DNA from: Escherichia phage p000v
DNA: 64,000 nucleotides
Sequence record: NC_055781.1
Strand: one strand, 5' to 3'
A program made the translations under genes and the position numbers. Below are positions 1 through 9,566 of this stretch, piece after piece; positions within the stretch are counted from its first letter, which is position 1, and each line of letters opens with the position of its first letter. Under the pieces are notes generated by a model. That model worked only from the letters and a program-made list of their open reading frames with translations, ran no database searches and had not been told where the DNA came from.

Positions 1-1
1 T

Positions 2-412
2 AGTCTGTTAGACCGTAAATTCCAAGATACGTTAACTAACAAAGAGTTCAATGCCATCCTGGTTAAACTGGAAGAGAACTACGGTGAACGTGCTCGTAAG
101 GCGGAAGCCAACGAAGGTATTGACTGGAAAGCATTGAGTCATGCATGTCGTGGTGGACTTCAATTATTAGAAATTTACAAAACAGGCGACCTGGTTTACC
201 CACTTCAGGATGCTCCATTTATTCTCGATGTTAAGCTTGGTAAACATACGTTTAAAACTGTACAAGAATTCCTAGAAGATATCGTTGACCAAGTTGAACA
301 TGCGTCAGAACAAGCTGCCAAGAACGGTATGCAACAAAAAGTAGATATGAGTTTCTGGGATGACTTCCTTGAACAAGTCTATCTCGAAAATCATAATTCT
401 TACTATAAATAA
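2..412 (+). CDS. hypothetical protein, C-terminal part (5' end lies outside window)
   Basis: Frame 2 is open from window edge to stop at 410-412; ORF track only shows the part after an internal TTG. Confidence 0.45.
   Translation, partial: SLLDRKFQDTLTNKEFNAILVKLEENYGERARKAEANEGIDWKALSHACRGGLQLLEIYKTGDLVYPLQDAPFILDVKLGKHTFKTVQEFLEDIVDQVEHASEQAAKNGMQQKVDMSFWDDFLEQVYLENHNSYYK
404..411 (+). promoter_or_regulatory. candidate T4-type late promoter (TATAAATA)
   Basis: Exact TATAAATA about 30 nt upstream of the 444 ORF. Confidence 0.4.
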
Positions 413-443
413 GTAGATAAATAACCCTTAACTTGAGGTAAAT

Positions 444-710
444 ATGAAAAAATTAGTAATTGGTTTATTCGCAGTAATGATGACATTCTCTGTTGGTGCT
501 ACCACGGGTGCAGGAGCTGGTGGTGGCCAGTCTTCTGCGCCTTCTAACGGTTCGGTAAATGCATCACATTCTCAGGGTATTGAGAACATTAAATCAAGCT
601 ATATTAATAGCACGGCCGGACAAGCAACTGAAGCATGGTCAAAGGGTCGAGTAGTTACTCGCTCTGTATTCTGTGATATGCCTAATTATGTTGCTAAGTG
701 TGATAAGTAA
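444..710 (+). CDS. small secreted protein (N-terminal signal peptide, Gly/Ser-rich linker)
   Basis: ORF track; RBS GAGGT 7 nt upstream; hydrophobic N-terminus MKKLVIGLFAVMMTFSVGA. Confidence 0.5.
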   Translation: MKKLVIGLFAVMMTFSVGATTGAGAGGGQSSAPSNGSVNASHSQGIENIKSSYINSTAGQATEAWSKGRVVTRSVFCDMPNYVAKCDK

Positions 711-715
711 ATGTG

Positions 716-734
716 GGGACCTTCGGGTCCCTTT
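716..734 (+). terminator. hairpin GGGACC-UUCG-GGUCCC followed by short T run
   Basis: Perfect 6 bp stem with UUCG tetraloop directly after stop of 444-710 ORF. Confidence 0.5.
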
Positions 735-761
735 AGGGGGTTAAAATATTTTTAAAAAGTA

Positions 762-791
762 GTGTACATGCTTTTAGGATATGATACTATA
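762..791 (+). promoter_or_regulatory. candidate early promoter (GTGTAC -35 like, TACTAT -10) with conserved AGACCTATC downstream
   Basis: 17 nt spacer; downstream motif TATAGACCTATC recurs at several other promoters in window. Confidence 0.4.
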
Positions 792-807
792 GACCTATCG
801 AAACGAA

Positions 808-1809
808 ATGAGTAAATTGGAGAATAAAATGTTCAACGTTCAAATCAAAAAAGGTATCTATCGTAATAACGAAATCTCTGGTTCTTATGTTGCCACAAAG
901 ACCTGGTTCCCGGCAAAGCTTAATCCTGAATGTTCCCACTTAGGTGACGGTAAAATTTTCGTTATGATTGATGGTTCTGAACGTGGAGTATGGGTCTTCA
1001 AATCAGACATCGTAATGGAAGGAGTTGAGACATCACCAGTTGCAGTTGTTGAAAGCACTGAAGATATGAAAACTCGTATCAACAAACGCTTTAAAGTAAT
1101 GAACATGATGACGAATGGCATTATTGATGGCAAAATTCGTTCACTCATTATTTCAGGTGCAGCTGGTATTGGTAAGACGTATTCTCTGGATAAAGCACTT
1201 AATAATGCTAATGATAATGGTTTCATCAAATACAAAAGCATTAATGGTAAAATCTCCGGTATTGGCCTTTACGAACAACTTTGGCTCAACCGTGATGCAG
1301 ACAGCGTTCTCTTAATCGATGACGTTGACGTATTCTCAGATATGGACATCCTGAACCTTCTTAAAGCCGCATTAGATACCGGCGATAAACGCAAAGTTTG
1401 CTGGAGCACTGCATCATCTTATCTTGATGATAAGGGTATCGATAAAGAATTTGAGTTTGAAGGTACTATCGTTTTCATTACAAACGTTGATATTGATAAA
1501 GAGTTAGAACGCGGTTCGAAACTTGCTCCGCACCTTCAAGCTCTAGTATCTCGTTCAGTGTATCTCGACCTTGGAGTACACTCTAATGAAGAGATTATGG
1601 TTCGAGTTGAAGATGTAATATTATCTACTGACATGATGCAGAAACGTGGCTTGACTGATGCTGAAACGTACAAAGCATTGTCCTGGATGAAGGCTAACGT
1701 ATCTCGTCTTCGCAATGTATCATTACGTACGGCTCTTTATGTAGCAGATTTTATTTCAACTGATAAAGATGGTTGGGAAGAAATCTCGGAAGTTACTTTA
1801 CTGAAATAA
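808..1809 (+). CDS. P-loop NTPase of unknown function
   Basis: Walker A GAAGIGKT and Walker B-like LLIDDVD read in translation; 333 aa. Confidence 0.6.
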   Translation: MSKLENKMFNVQIKKGIYRNNEISGSYVATKTWFPAKLNPECSHLGDGKIFVMIDGSERGVWVFKSDIVMEGVETSPVAVVESTEDMKTRINKRFKVMNMMTNGIIDGKIRSLIISGAAGIGKTYSLDKALNNANDNGFIKYKSINGKISGIGLYEQLWLNRDADSVLLIDDVDVFSDMDILNLLKAALDTGDKRKVCWSTASSYLDDKGIDKEFEFEGTIVFITNVDIDKELERGSKLAPHLQALVSRSVYLDLGVHSNEEIMVRVEDVILSTDMMQKRGLTDAETYKALSWMKANVSRLRNVSLRTALYVADFISTDKDGWEEISEVTLLK

Positions 1810-1947
1810 GCTTATAGGAAGTTCTTAGGTAACAAAAGCCATAAAGATGAATAATCATATGGCTTACCTCAAAGAAGGACACCAGGAACCTACTGAGGGC
1901 ATAGAAATATTTAAAAATAATGATGTACAAATCAAAGAGGATATGTT

Positions 1948-2235
1948 ATGGATTTTATGCAAAAAATTAAAGCCGCAGTCGAACTCTATGCACATCGTAT
2001 GGTTAGTTCTACGATGCAATATAGCGAGGAAGTTCGCCAGGACTCTTCCTTGAAAGGAAAAACTAAAGCCTTAATTACCTTAGATCATTTGCAAAAGAAT
2101 GCCATAGAGATGCTCCAGTACGACAAGAGTGTATATAAGAAAGAACAGGAAGAGAAACTTAAATCTGAAAAATTACAAAAAATCCCGAAGTCTGTTTGGT
2201 TCAGTGGAAAAAATACCGAAAAAAGTTTCTTTTAG
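1948..2235 (+). CDS. hypothetical protein
   Basis: ORF track; RBS AGAGGA upstream; Lys/Glu-rich. Confidence 0.4.
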   Translation: MDFMQKIKAAVELYAHRMVSSTMQYSEEVRQDSSLKGKTKALITLDHLQKNAIEMLQYDKSVYKKEQEEKLKSEKLQKIPKSVWFSGKNTEKSFF

Positions 2236-2237
2236 TT

Positions 2238-2266
2238 GTTTACAAGGTCTATGGTTATGTTATTAT
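2238..2266 (+). promoter_or_regulatory. candidate early promoter GTTTAC-N17-TATTAT
   Basis: -35 GTTTAC at 2238-2243, -10 TATTAT at 2261-2266, followed by AGACCTATC. Confidence 0.45.
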
Positions 2267-2293
2267 AGACCTATCAACTACTGGAGGTAAAAC

Positions 2294-2821
2294 ATGAACG
2301 CTAAAGATATTTTCAACCTGGTAAATTATAACGACGGTAAATTTAAATCTGAAGCACAGAGCAAGTTCTTTAATGACGTTGCTTATGGTAACGAGATTAC
2401 CGTGGATGGAGGTCAGATTTTCAAATCTCGCTGGAATTGGATTGTTATCATCGATTCAGTTGGAATTGTGGAAGTCTACAAAAACACTAACAAAAAACGT
2501 ACATTATTCTGGTCTCGTGAAACTAACGAGCAGTACAAAAAGGATAAAGCATCTCGTTTATCCAAAGTAACCCAGGAAGATATCGAGTTCATTAAGAAAG
2601 ATATCGAGATGTATGAAAATTTAATCGCTGAAGACCAGGCAGTACTCGATAAGTTTGATGAAATTAAAGCTTCTCGTGAAATCCCTGACTTCATGAAAGA
2701 AACAGTAAACGAACGATACGCTCTCACTTCAGAACGTATTGCAAACTATACAAAACAGAAAGCAGAACGTATTAGTACTCTTCGGAAATTTGAAGAACGT
2801 TTAAAGACGGTTCACGCATAA
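2294..2821 (+). CDS. hypothetical protein
   Basis: ORF track 175 aa; RBS GGAGG upstream. Confidence 0.55.
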   Translation: MNAKDIFNLVNYNDGKFKSEAQSKFFNDVAYGNEITVDGGQIFKSRWNWIVIIDSVGIVEVYKNTNKKRTLFWSRETNEQYKKDKASRLSKVTQEDIEFIKKDIEMYENLIAEDQAVLDKFDEIKASREIPDFMKETVNERYALTSERIANYTKQKAERISTLRKFEERLKTVHA

Positions 2822-2883
2822 ACGCTTTACCCAAGGACGGGTTATAATGGTTTTGAGTTCCAATTCAATCTGAGGAAATAGTT

Positions 2884-3879
2884 ATGAGCATTACATCTGA
2901 TGCGGTAAAACATGAAATTAACGGTTTATGTGCTTCACAGATTAAAGTGTGGTTTAAAGACCATAACGATCGCAGAGCACTTAATTATGAGCAAATTGCT
3001 ATCCAAGTTCATCAATTACTGACTAGTAAATTTGATTTTCATATGCCGTCTGAAATCTATACTAATCTGCCGCGAGCACTTATTAAAGCGTGTAAAGGTT
3101 ATGGAAAATCAATGGCTGACGGAATCTTCAGCGCGCTGAATAAACTTAACGTTCTGTCGATGATTAACTCTAACAATATCCTGCGTAATCTAGGACGTAC
3201 TGATTTGTTCGGTCGTGAACAGTGTAAAATGCCTTTGAAATGGATTGTTGCTCATCTTAACGAGAACCAAACACGTTTTATGGCCGTAACAGCACGTTTA
3301 CAAATGGGCCTAGATCGTCAGATGAACTTTAAAACTCATCCACGTTATTCAGGTTCAACAGACTTTTATAAATGTGAGCTTCAAAAGGTTGGTGGTAAAA
3401 CTGTCTTAGTAGTTCGTGTAACGTTTGAAGGACGACGTCAAGGATATTTTGACATAATCGGCTCTGGTCTTAAACATTGTGGATTTATCGACGAAGTTGA
3501 TATCAAGCGAGACGGCATTGGATACCGTATTGGGTATGTTTGTACTCTTAAAGAAGAGATTTCAGGACCAGCTCCAGGACTAAAAGACGTTAGATATAAA
3601 GACGAGCTCGTTGAAGAAATAAAAGAAGTTGAATATGATATCAACCAAGAAGATGCTCTTAAAGACCTTATTGATGAACTGAACCAAGATGTTATTCCTG
3701 TTCAGAAATTTGAATCAAAACATGCTGAGCAAATCAAATACTTTGAAGCTTTGATTAACGAACTTAATGTAACTATTCAACAGACTGACGATGAAATCTC
3801 ACGATTAGCAGGCTTAAACGGTAAAAATAAAACAGAACGAGCTAATCTTATTCAAGTAGTAAAACTTCTTAAGGAATGA
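2884..3879 (+). CDS. hypothetical protein with C-terminal coiled-coil-like region
   Basis: ORF track 331 aa; RBS GAGGAAA. Confidence 0.55.
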   Translation: MSITSDAVKHEINGLCASQIKVWFKDHNDRRALNYEQIAIQVHQLLTSKFDFHMPSEIYTNLPRALIKACKGYGKSMADGIFSALNKLNVLSMINSNNILRNLGRTDLFGREQCKMPLKWIVAHLNENQTRFMAVTARLQMGLDRQMNFKTHPRYSGSTDFYKCELQKVGGKTVLVVRVTFEGRRQGYFDIIGSGLKHCGFIDEVDIKRDGIGYRIGYVCTLKEEISGPAPGLKDVRYKDELVEEIKEVEYDINQEDALKDLIDELNQDVIPVQKFESKHAEQIKYFEALINELNVTIQQTDDEISRLAGLNGKNKTERANLIQVVKLLKE

Positions 3880-3925
3880 TGTACAACCAAGGATGGTTGG
3901 AGTATAATGAATCTATCTTAACTAG
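3877..3925 (+). repeat. repeated early-promoter cassette (copy 1 of CAACCAAGGATGGTTGGAGTATAAT...CTATCTTAAC)
   Basis: Near-identical copy at 45146-45190 and a diverged copy at 45701-45730. Confidence 0.6.
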
Positions 3926-3936
3926 AGGAAAATATT

Positions 3937-4887
3937 ATGACACGTTCACATTACATTGAATACTTTGCCGGTCTTATCGCTAACGTTCATGCTCAGCGCG
4001 CTTCTGGTGCACTAGGATTTGATGTTCCACACCGAGATGTAGTAAGTGGTATTCTTCGCGATTTTGGTACATACACAGGCCAAGAAAATCATATCTGTAA
4101 AGATACTCAGAATGCATATTCTCATTCATTAGGGACACTGCTTCAATGGTTCAAACGTTCTCGTTTATTATCTTCTACTGTAGCTCGCGATAACATTAAA
4201 AACTTTATGAAACCGAGCTTTATTAAATCTGTGACATCTAAAACCGATTTGGTTGAATTCACTATTGTTAATGATGTTAAAAAGACTCATTTAGCTGATT
4301 GGTTATCTACCATTCCTGAAACTAAATTTGCTGATAAATTTGCTTGTGAATTCAATAACCAAGTGAATATGCTTTTTAAACATTCTCGTAAATTATTCAC
4401 AGGCGGCGATGATCGTACAAATAAAGTTCATGTTAAAGATTGGGTTACTGCAGTATTCAAACCAACAGGTAATGGTAACGCATCATTGTCAATTGATATT
4501 CAGGTTCCTTATTACTACTCACGTAATCTCGGCACCATGAAAGCCGAAGAAATTAATAAGCGCAACAAAACCATTCGTTCGCTGTCTTATAAACTTCGCA
4601 TGATGTTAAGAATCATGGACGTGGTAGAAATGTATGATGAAACCGAAGATAATGGTTCAATGTTATACAGTTCTCGCATTCAAATTAAGTTGAAGAACCC
4701 TAACGAGTATAAGCCTAAGCCTATTAAAGAGCCTAAAGCAGAAAAAGTTGATAACTTAAGAGAAGAACGCGAATATCTCAAATCTCGTCTGAAAGAAGTC
4801 GAAGCCCAGATTAAAGAACAGACTAAATCGTTAAAAGCTCTGAATGCGAAAGCGGATGGTTTACGAAATGCCATTGAGGTGTTATAA
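3937..4887 (+). CDS. hypothetical protein with C-terminal coiled-coil-like region
   Basis: ORF track 316 aa; RBS GAGGAAAA. Confidence 0.55.
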   Translation: MTRSHYIEYFAGLIANVHAQRASGALGFDVPHRDVVSGILRDFGTYTGQENHICKDTQNAYSHSLGTLLQWFKRSRLLSSTVARDNIKNFMKPSFIKSVTSKTDLVEFTIVNDVKKTHLADWLSTIPETKFADKFACEFNNQVNMLFKHSRKLFTGGDDRTNKVHVKDWVTAVFKPTGNGNASLSIDIQVPYYYSRNLGTMKAEEINKRNKTIRSLSYKLRMMLRIMDVVEMYDETEDNGSMLYSSRIQIKLKNPNEYKPKPIKEPKAEKVDNLREEREYLKSRLKEVEAQIKEQTKSLKALNAKADGLRNAIEVL

Positions 4888-5192
4888 TGAAACTACGTCT
4901 TTTAGAGGATATTGATATGAGCACTAATCATGGCTTGGTTAAGTTTATTGACGATAGTTCAAAGATTGAATTTGTTCAGCGAGATAAAATCCACGGTGAA
5001 GAAGAGTTCGTTCCTCCAGCATGGAACGAAATAATGAAAATGGTTGAACGACGTGAAAATGCCGCCAAATCGGCAGCAAAACATCCGTGTCCGGAATGTG
5101 GAACTATCCAAGTCCAACTGGTTAACTGGACCAGTGATAACTTGAAATTGAAATGCCGTAAATGCTTCCACAAATTTGAGAGAACATTATAA
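4887..5192 (+). CDS. small Cys4 zinc-ribbon protein
   Basis: CPECG ... CRKC pairs; start overlaps upstream stop (TAATG). Confidence 0.5.
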   Translation: MKLRLLEDIDMSTNHGLVKFIDDSSKIEFVQRDKIHGEEEFVPPAWNEIMKMVERRENAAKSAAKHPCPECGTIQVQLVNWTSDNLKLKCRKCFHKFERTL

Positions 5193-5605
5193 TGAGATAT
5201 AGCCTTCGTTGTTTTATCGCAGCTTTAGTTTTTGCCATTATTCCATTCATTTGGAACAGCCAGAATACTTACATGGAAACTAAAGTAATTCCTGTGGAGG
5301 TAGTGGAATTAATCTCAGGCCAATCTACAGGAAAATATTCTAAATTAGAATTTATTGCAGTCTATAAAGATGAGCAAGGACGAGTTTTTGACAGGCGTGT
5401 ATCACCTTCGTTTTATACGCTTCTGAATAAAGGTGATACGATAGCTATAGAAATTCGTGAGATGGATATCAAACAAACTACTAAAGATAACTTGATTTGG
5501 TTCTTTGGTACAGTGTTGTTGGTTTCTATCTGTATCACAGGTTTTATTACATGTATTGTATTTGGCATTGCATATTTAATCGATGAAAGGAAAAATAATG
5601 TTTAA
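5192..5605 (+). CDS. membrane protein (two predicted TM segments)
   Basis: Hydrophobic N- and C-terminal segments; ATGA-type start overlap. Confidence 0.5.
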   Translation: MRYSLRCFIAALVFAIIPFIWNSQNTYMETKVIPVEVVELISGQSTGKYSKLEFIAVYKDEQGRVFDRRVSPSFYTLLNKGDTIAIEIREMDIKQTTKDNLIWFFGTVLLVSICITGFITCIVFGIAYLIDERKNNV

Positions 5606-5861
5606 AGTGTACGGGTATGACTCTACTATTCATAAATGCATTTATTGTGATAATGCGAAACGATTGCTGACTGTTAAGAAACAGCCGTTCGAATTCATTA
5701 ATGTTATGCCAGAAAAAGGTGTTTTTGATGATGAGAAAATTGCTGAGCTTCTGGTTAAGCTTGGACGTGAATCACAAGTCGGATTGACTATGCCTCAAGT
5801 GTTTGCTCCTGACGGAAGTCACATTGGTGGATTTGACCAACTACGAGAATATTTTAAATGA
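5598..5861 (+). CDS. nrdC: glutaredoxin-like thioredoxin NrdC
   Basis: MFKVYGYDS..KCIYCDNAK..PQVFAPDGSHIGGFDQLREYFK matches recalled T4 NrdC almost residue for residue. Confidence 0.85.
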   Translation: MFKVYGYDSTIHKCIYCDNAKRLLTVKKQPFEFINVMPEKGVFDDEKIAELLVKLGRESQVGLTMPQVFAPDGSHIGGFDQLREYFK

Positions 5862-6154
5862 GTATTGATTTAACTTTCCCTGGCCCTTATGACCAGGGTG
5901 AATTAGAAGCTTTATTATATCAAGAAATGTGCTCTCGTGCCAAGAACGATATTCAGTATGCTATCGATAATCCATGGGGCGAATTTCGAGTAATGATGGG
6001 TAATCGAATCATCGGTGTCCAATGGCGATTCGTTGGCCTTGAGCCTGAGGACTATGAAGAAAACGAGCACGGTGACTGGATTCCTGTTGGTGAATATCAC
6101 TGGGAATACGGTGGTCCTGATTTTGAAGTCTCTTGTTCATGGGTAGAACAATAA
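5858..6154 (+). CDS. hypothetical protein
   Basis: ORF track 98 aa; coupled start. Confidence 0.5.
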   Translation: MSIDLTFPGPYDQGELEALLYQEMCSRAKNDIQYAIDNPWGEFRVMMGNRIIGVQWRFVGLEPEDYEENEHGDWIPVGEYHWEYGGPDFEVSCSWVEQ

Positions 6155-6172
6155 CCTGCGAGAAAATTTTAA

Positions 6173-6529
6173 ATGACATATTCATTAAATCTTAAAGATT
6201 TCCAGGATGTATACGAAGTTTGTGCCAACGAACTTGGTCCTGATGCTCCAACTATTATTGAAGTTTTAAATGTGCTCCCTTCATCATTAGCTTACGAAGC
6301 CAAATCATGGGGATGGAACGACACTGTCGTTCGTGATGACCTTTACGTCCTGATGAACGACATGATGGTTAAAAAGGCAGAACCGGTTGCACCAATGGTT
6401 ACCATTACCATTGAAGAATATAATCGCCTGCAAGCCATTGAAGAGCTTCTGTGGAACATTGAATGTGACCTGCCGTCAGGGCTAGAATCCTGGATTGATT
6501 ATGAAGAGCTCAATAAACTCCGGGGTTAA
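6173..6529 (+). CDS. hypothetical protein
   Basis: ORF track 118 aa. Confidence 0.5.
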   Translation: MTYSLNLKDFQDVYEVCANELGPDAPTIIEVLNVLPSSLAYEAKSWGWNDTVVRDDLYVLMNDMMVKKAEPVAPMVTITIEEYNRLQAIEELLWNIECDLPSGLESWIDYEELNKLRG

Positions 6530-6829
6530 ACCGTGGTATTCTGCTCGATGGGAGACTGTCGAGCCAGACGTCGAAACAGTTTACAACGACGAAGAAACGT
6601 GTTATGATGAACCTACAGTAAACGATATGATTGATTTGGAAATGGGAAGAGATTATTATGCAAGTTAAATTATTGTACCGTTTATTAAAAAGTGGCAAGC
6701 ATGATTGGTATTTGCTTATTAAAACCGATCCGAATTTTTTCTCTGGACAACCATTTACAGTTCGTCCTACTAAACGTCAGCTTCGCAAAGCTAAACGTTC
6801 TCATCGTAACTTTTATAGAGAATATTGAT

Positions 6830-7243
6830 ATGAATATTTCTGAAACTCGCGGTAAATGGTTCAAGATTGTTAAAGAAGACGAAGAACTACAAGTCAAGTT
6901 TCCTGAATTAAAGAAAGGAACAATCATCAAGGTAATTGGTACTACTACCGAAGATGGTTATGGCGACCATGGCATTATCGAAGTGATGTTGAACACAGGT
7001 GAGAAACTTTGCATCTATGACCGTGATACTTCTCTTTGGTGCTTCTGGGAATCCCATTCAATAGATGAACTCGAAGAAATTGACCAAGTAGTTTGTGATG
7101 GTGGACTTGGTGAATTCGAAGGTGAACGTATTTCTTATGCTTTAGCTAAATTAGCTGGTCAAGAAAATAATGACGGTTATGAAGGTAATCTGATGCAAGC
7201 CGCAGCGGAATACATTGAATATTTAGAAAGACGTTTAAGTTAA
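6830..7243 (+). CDS. hypothetical acidic protein
   Basis: Internal ATG at 6830 directly after upstream stop (TGATATG); 5' part of tracked ORF overlaps another ORF. Confidence 0.5.
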   Translation: MNISETRGKWFKIVKEDEELQVKFPELKKGTIIKVIGTTTEDGYGDHGIIEVMLNTGEKLCIYDRDTSLWCFWESHSIDELEEIDQVVCDGGLGEFEGERISYALAKLAGQENNDGYEGNLMQAAAEYIEYLERRLS

Positions 7244-7248
7244 TAAAT

Positions 7249-7273
7249 ACCCTTATCTATTTAAGGTAAGGGT
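7249..7273 (+). promoter_or_regulatory. hairpin ACCCTTA...TAAGGGT enclosing the Shine-Dalgarno of gene 49
   Basis: 7 bp inverted repeat; 3' arm contains AAGGG immediately 5' of ATG at 7279. Confidence 0.4.
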
Positions 7274-7278
7274 TTATT

Positions 7279-7752
7279 ATGTTATTATCTGGCAAATTAT
7301 ACAAAGAAGAAAAACAAAAATTTTATGATGCACAGAACGGTAAGTGTCCTATTTGCCACCGTGAATTAGACCCTGATGTTCAAGGTAACCATCTTGACCA
7401 CGACCACGAGTTAAACGGGCCAAAAGCCGGTAGAGTTCGTGGATTACTCTGTAATCTGTGCAACGCAGCAGAAGGCCAAATGAAGCATAAGTTCAACCGT
7501 TCTGGTCTTAAAGGTCAAAACGTTGATTACCTCGAATGGCTTGAAGCTCTTCTTGCTTATTTGAAACAAGATTATTCTGATAATAATATCCATCCTAATT
7601 TTGTTCCAGACAAAACTAAAGAGTTCTCAAGACTAGGTAAAGAGGAAATGATGGCTGAGATGCTTCAAAGAGGATTTGAATATAATGAATCTGATACTAA
7701 AACACAATTAATAGCTTCATTCAAAAAGCAGCTTAGAAAGAGTTTAAAATGA
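7279..7752 (+). CDS. 49: endonuclease VII (Holliday junction resolvase)
   Basis: 157 aa; near-identical to recalled T4 gp49 (MLL.GKLYKEEKQKFYDAQNGKC.IC..EL.PDVQ.NHLDHDHELNGPKAG). Confidence 0.9.
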   Translation: MLLSGKLYKEEKQKFYDAQNGKCPICHRELDPDVQGNHLDHDHELNGPKAGRVRGLLCNLCNAAEGQMKHKFNRSGLKGQNVDYLEWLEALLAYLKQDYSDNNIHPNFVPDKTKEFSRLGKEEMMAEMLQRGFEYNESDTKTQLIASFKKQLRKSLK

Positions 7753-9566
7753 AAATTGAAAAAGAAATTGAAGGATTAATTTATAAAACTAATAAAGATC
7801 TTTTGAACGAGAATGCTAATAAAGATTCTCGTGTTTTTCCAACTCAACGGGACCTTATGGCTGGTATTGTGTCTAAGCACATTGCCAAAAATATGGTCCC
7901 GTCTTTTATTATGAATGCGCATGAAAGTGGAATTATCCACATGCATGATATTGATTATTCTCCTGCTCTTCCGTTTACTAATTGTTGTTTAGTCGATTTA
8001 AAGGGGATGCTTGAGAACGGATTTAAATTAGGCAATGCTCAAATTGAAACGCCTAAATCGATTGGTGTTGCTACTGCAATTATGGCACAAATTACTGCAC
8101 AAGTTGCTTCACATCAGTATGGCGGAACTACATTTGCAAATGTCGATAAAGTTCTTTCTCCTTATGTTAAACGTACATACGCTAAACATGTTGAAGATGC
8201 AGAAAAATGGCAAATCGCTGATGCGTTGAATTATGCTCAATCTAAAACAGAAAAAGACGTATACGATGCATTCCAAGCTTATGAATATGAAGTAAATACT
8301 CTCTTTAGTTCAAACGGACAAACGCCTTTTGTAACAATTACATTTGGTACGGGAACCGATTGGACTGAACGAATGATTCAGAAGGCAATTCTGAAAAATC
8401 GGATTAAAGGTCTTGGTCGTGATGGGATAACTCCTATTTTTCCTAAACTTGTTATGTTTGTTGAAGAAGGTGTTAATCTTTATAAAGATGATCCAAACTA
8501 TGATATTAAACAACTTGCGTTAGAATGTGCAAGCAAAAGAATGTATCCTGACATTATTTCGGTTAAGAATAATAAAGCTATTACCGGTTCTTCAGTTCCT
8601 GTTTCTCCAATGGGTTGCCGTAGTTTCTTGAGCGTATGGAAAGATTCAACTGGAAATGAAATTCTTGACGGTCGTAATAATCTCGGTGTTGTAACACTGA
8701 ATCTTCCTCGCATCGCATTAGATTCTTATATTGGAACACAGTTCAATGAACAGAAATTTGTTGAATTATTCAATGAACGAATGGATTTATGTTTTGAAGC
8801 TTTGATGTGTAGAATTAGTTCCTTAAAAGGAGTTAAAGCGACTGTTGCTCCTATTCTTTACCAAGAAGGTGCATTCGGGGTTCGTCTTAAACCTGATGAC
8901 GATATAATTGAGTTATTTAAAAACGGTAGAAGTTCAGTGTCTTTAGGATACATCGGTATTCATGAATTGAATATTCTTGTTGGTCGTGATATTGGACAAG
9001 AAATTTTAACTAAAATGAATGCTCATCTTAAACAGTGGACTGAAAGAACTGGTTTTGCTTTTAGTTTGTATTCTACTCCTGCTGAAAACCTTTGTTATCG
9101 CTTCTGTAAACTCGATACAGAAAAATATGGAAGTGTAAAAGATGTTACCGATAAAGGCTGGTACACTAACAGTTTCCACGTTTCAGTAGAAGAAAATATT
9201 ACTCCGTTTGAAAAGATTTCTCGTGAAGCGCCATATCATTTCATTGCGACAGGTGGTCACATTTCTTATGTTGAACTTCCAGATATGAAAAACAATTTAA
9301 AGGGACTTGAGGCCGTCTGGGATTATGCTGCACAACATTTAGATTATTTTGGTGTTAATATGCCAGTGGATAAATGTTTTACATGTGGAAGTACCCATGA
9401 AATGACTCCTACTGAAAACGGATTTGTTTGTTCAGTTTGCGGAGAAACTGATCCTAAAAAGATGAACACCATAAGAAGAACATGCGGTTATTTGGGAAAT
9501 CCGAACGAACGCGGATTTAATCTCGGTAAAAATAAAGAAATCATGCATAGGGTTAAACACCAATGA
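7749..9566 (+). CDS. nrdD: anaerobic ribonucleoside-triphosphate reductase NrdD
   Basis: 605 aa; C-terminal glycyl-radical motif RRTCGYLG and Cys cluster; uninterrupted reading frame. Confidence 0.92.
   Translation: MKIEKEIEGLIYKTNKDLLNENANKDSRVFPTQRDLMAGIVSKHIAKNMVPSFIMNAHESGIIHMHDIDYSPALPFTNCCLVDLKGMLENGFKLGNAQIETPKSIGVATAIMAQITAQVASHQYGGTTFANVDKVLSPYVKRTYAKHVEDAEKWQIADALNYAQSKTEKDVYDAFQAYEYEVNTLFSSNGQTPFVTITFGTGTDWTERMIQKAILKNRIKGLGRDGITPIFPKLVMFVEEGVNLYKDDPNYDIKQLALECASKRMYPDIISVKNNKAITGSSVPVSPMGCRSFLSVWKDSTGNEILDGRNNLGVVTLNLPRIALDSYIGTQFNEQKFVELFNERMDLCFEALMCRISSLKGVKATVAPILYQEGAFGVRLKPDDDIIELFKNGRSSVSLGYIGIHELNILVGRDIGQEILTKMNAHLKQWTERTGFAFSLYSTPAENLCYRFCKLDTEKYGSVKDVTDKGWYTNSFHVSVEENITPFEKISREAPYHFIATGGHISYVELPDMKNNLKGLEAVWDYAAQHLDYFGVNMPVDKCFTCGSTHEMTPTENGFVCSVCGETDPKKMNTIRRTCGYLGNPNERGFNLGKNKEIMHRVKHQ

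Noticed and set aside
885-1241. 118-aa minus-strand ORF inside the P-loop NTPase gene
   Set aside because: Antisense, no RBS.
1847-2053. 68-aa plus-strand ORF overlapping the start of the 1948 ORF
   Set aside because: Overlaps a better-supported ORF with a clear RBS; C-terminal half is out of frame with it and looks non-protein-like.
7749-9566. Group I intron in nrdD as in T4
   Set aside because: Reading frame is continuous over the full expected length with no inserted non-coding segment.
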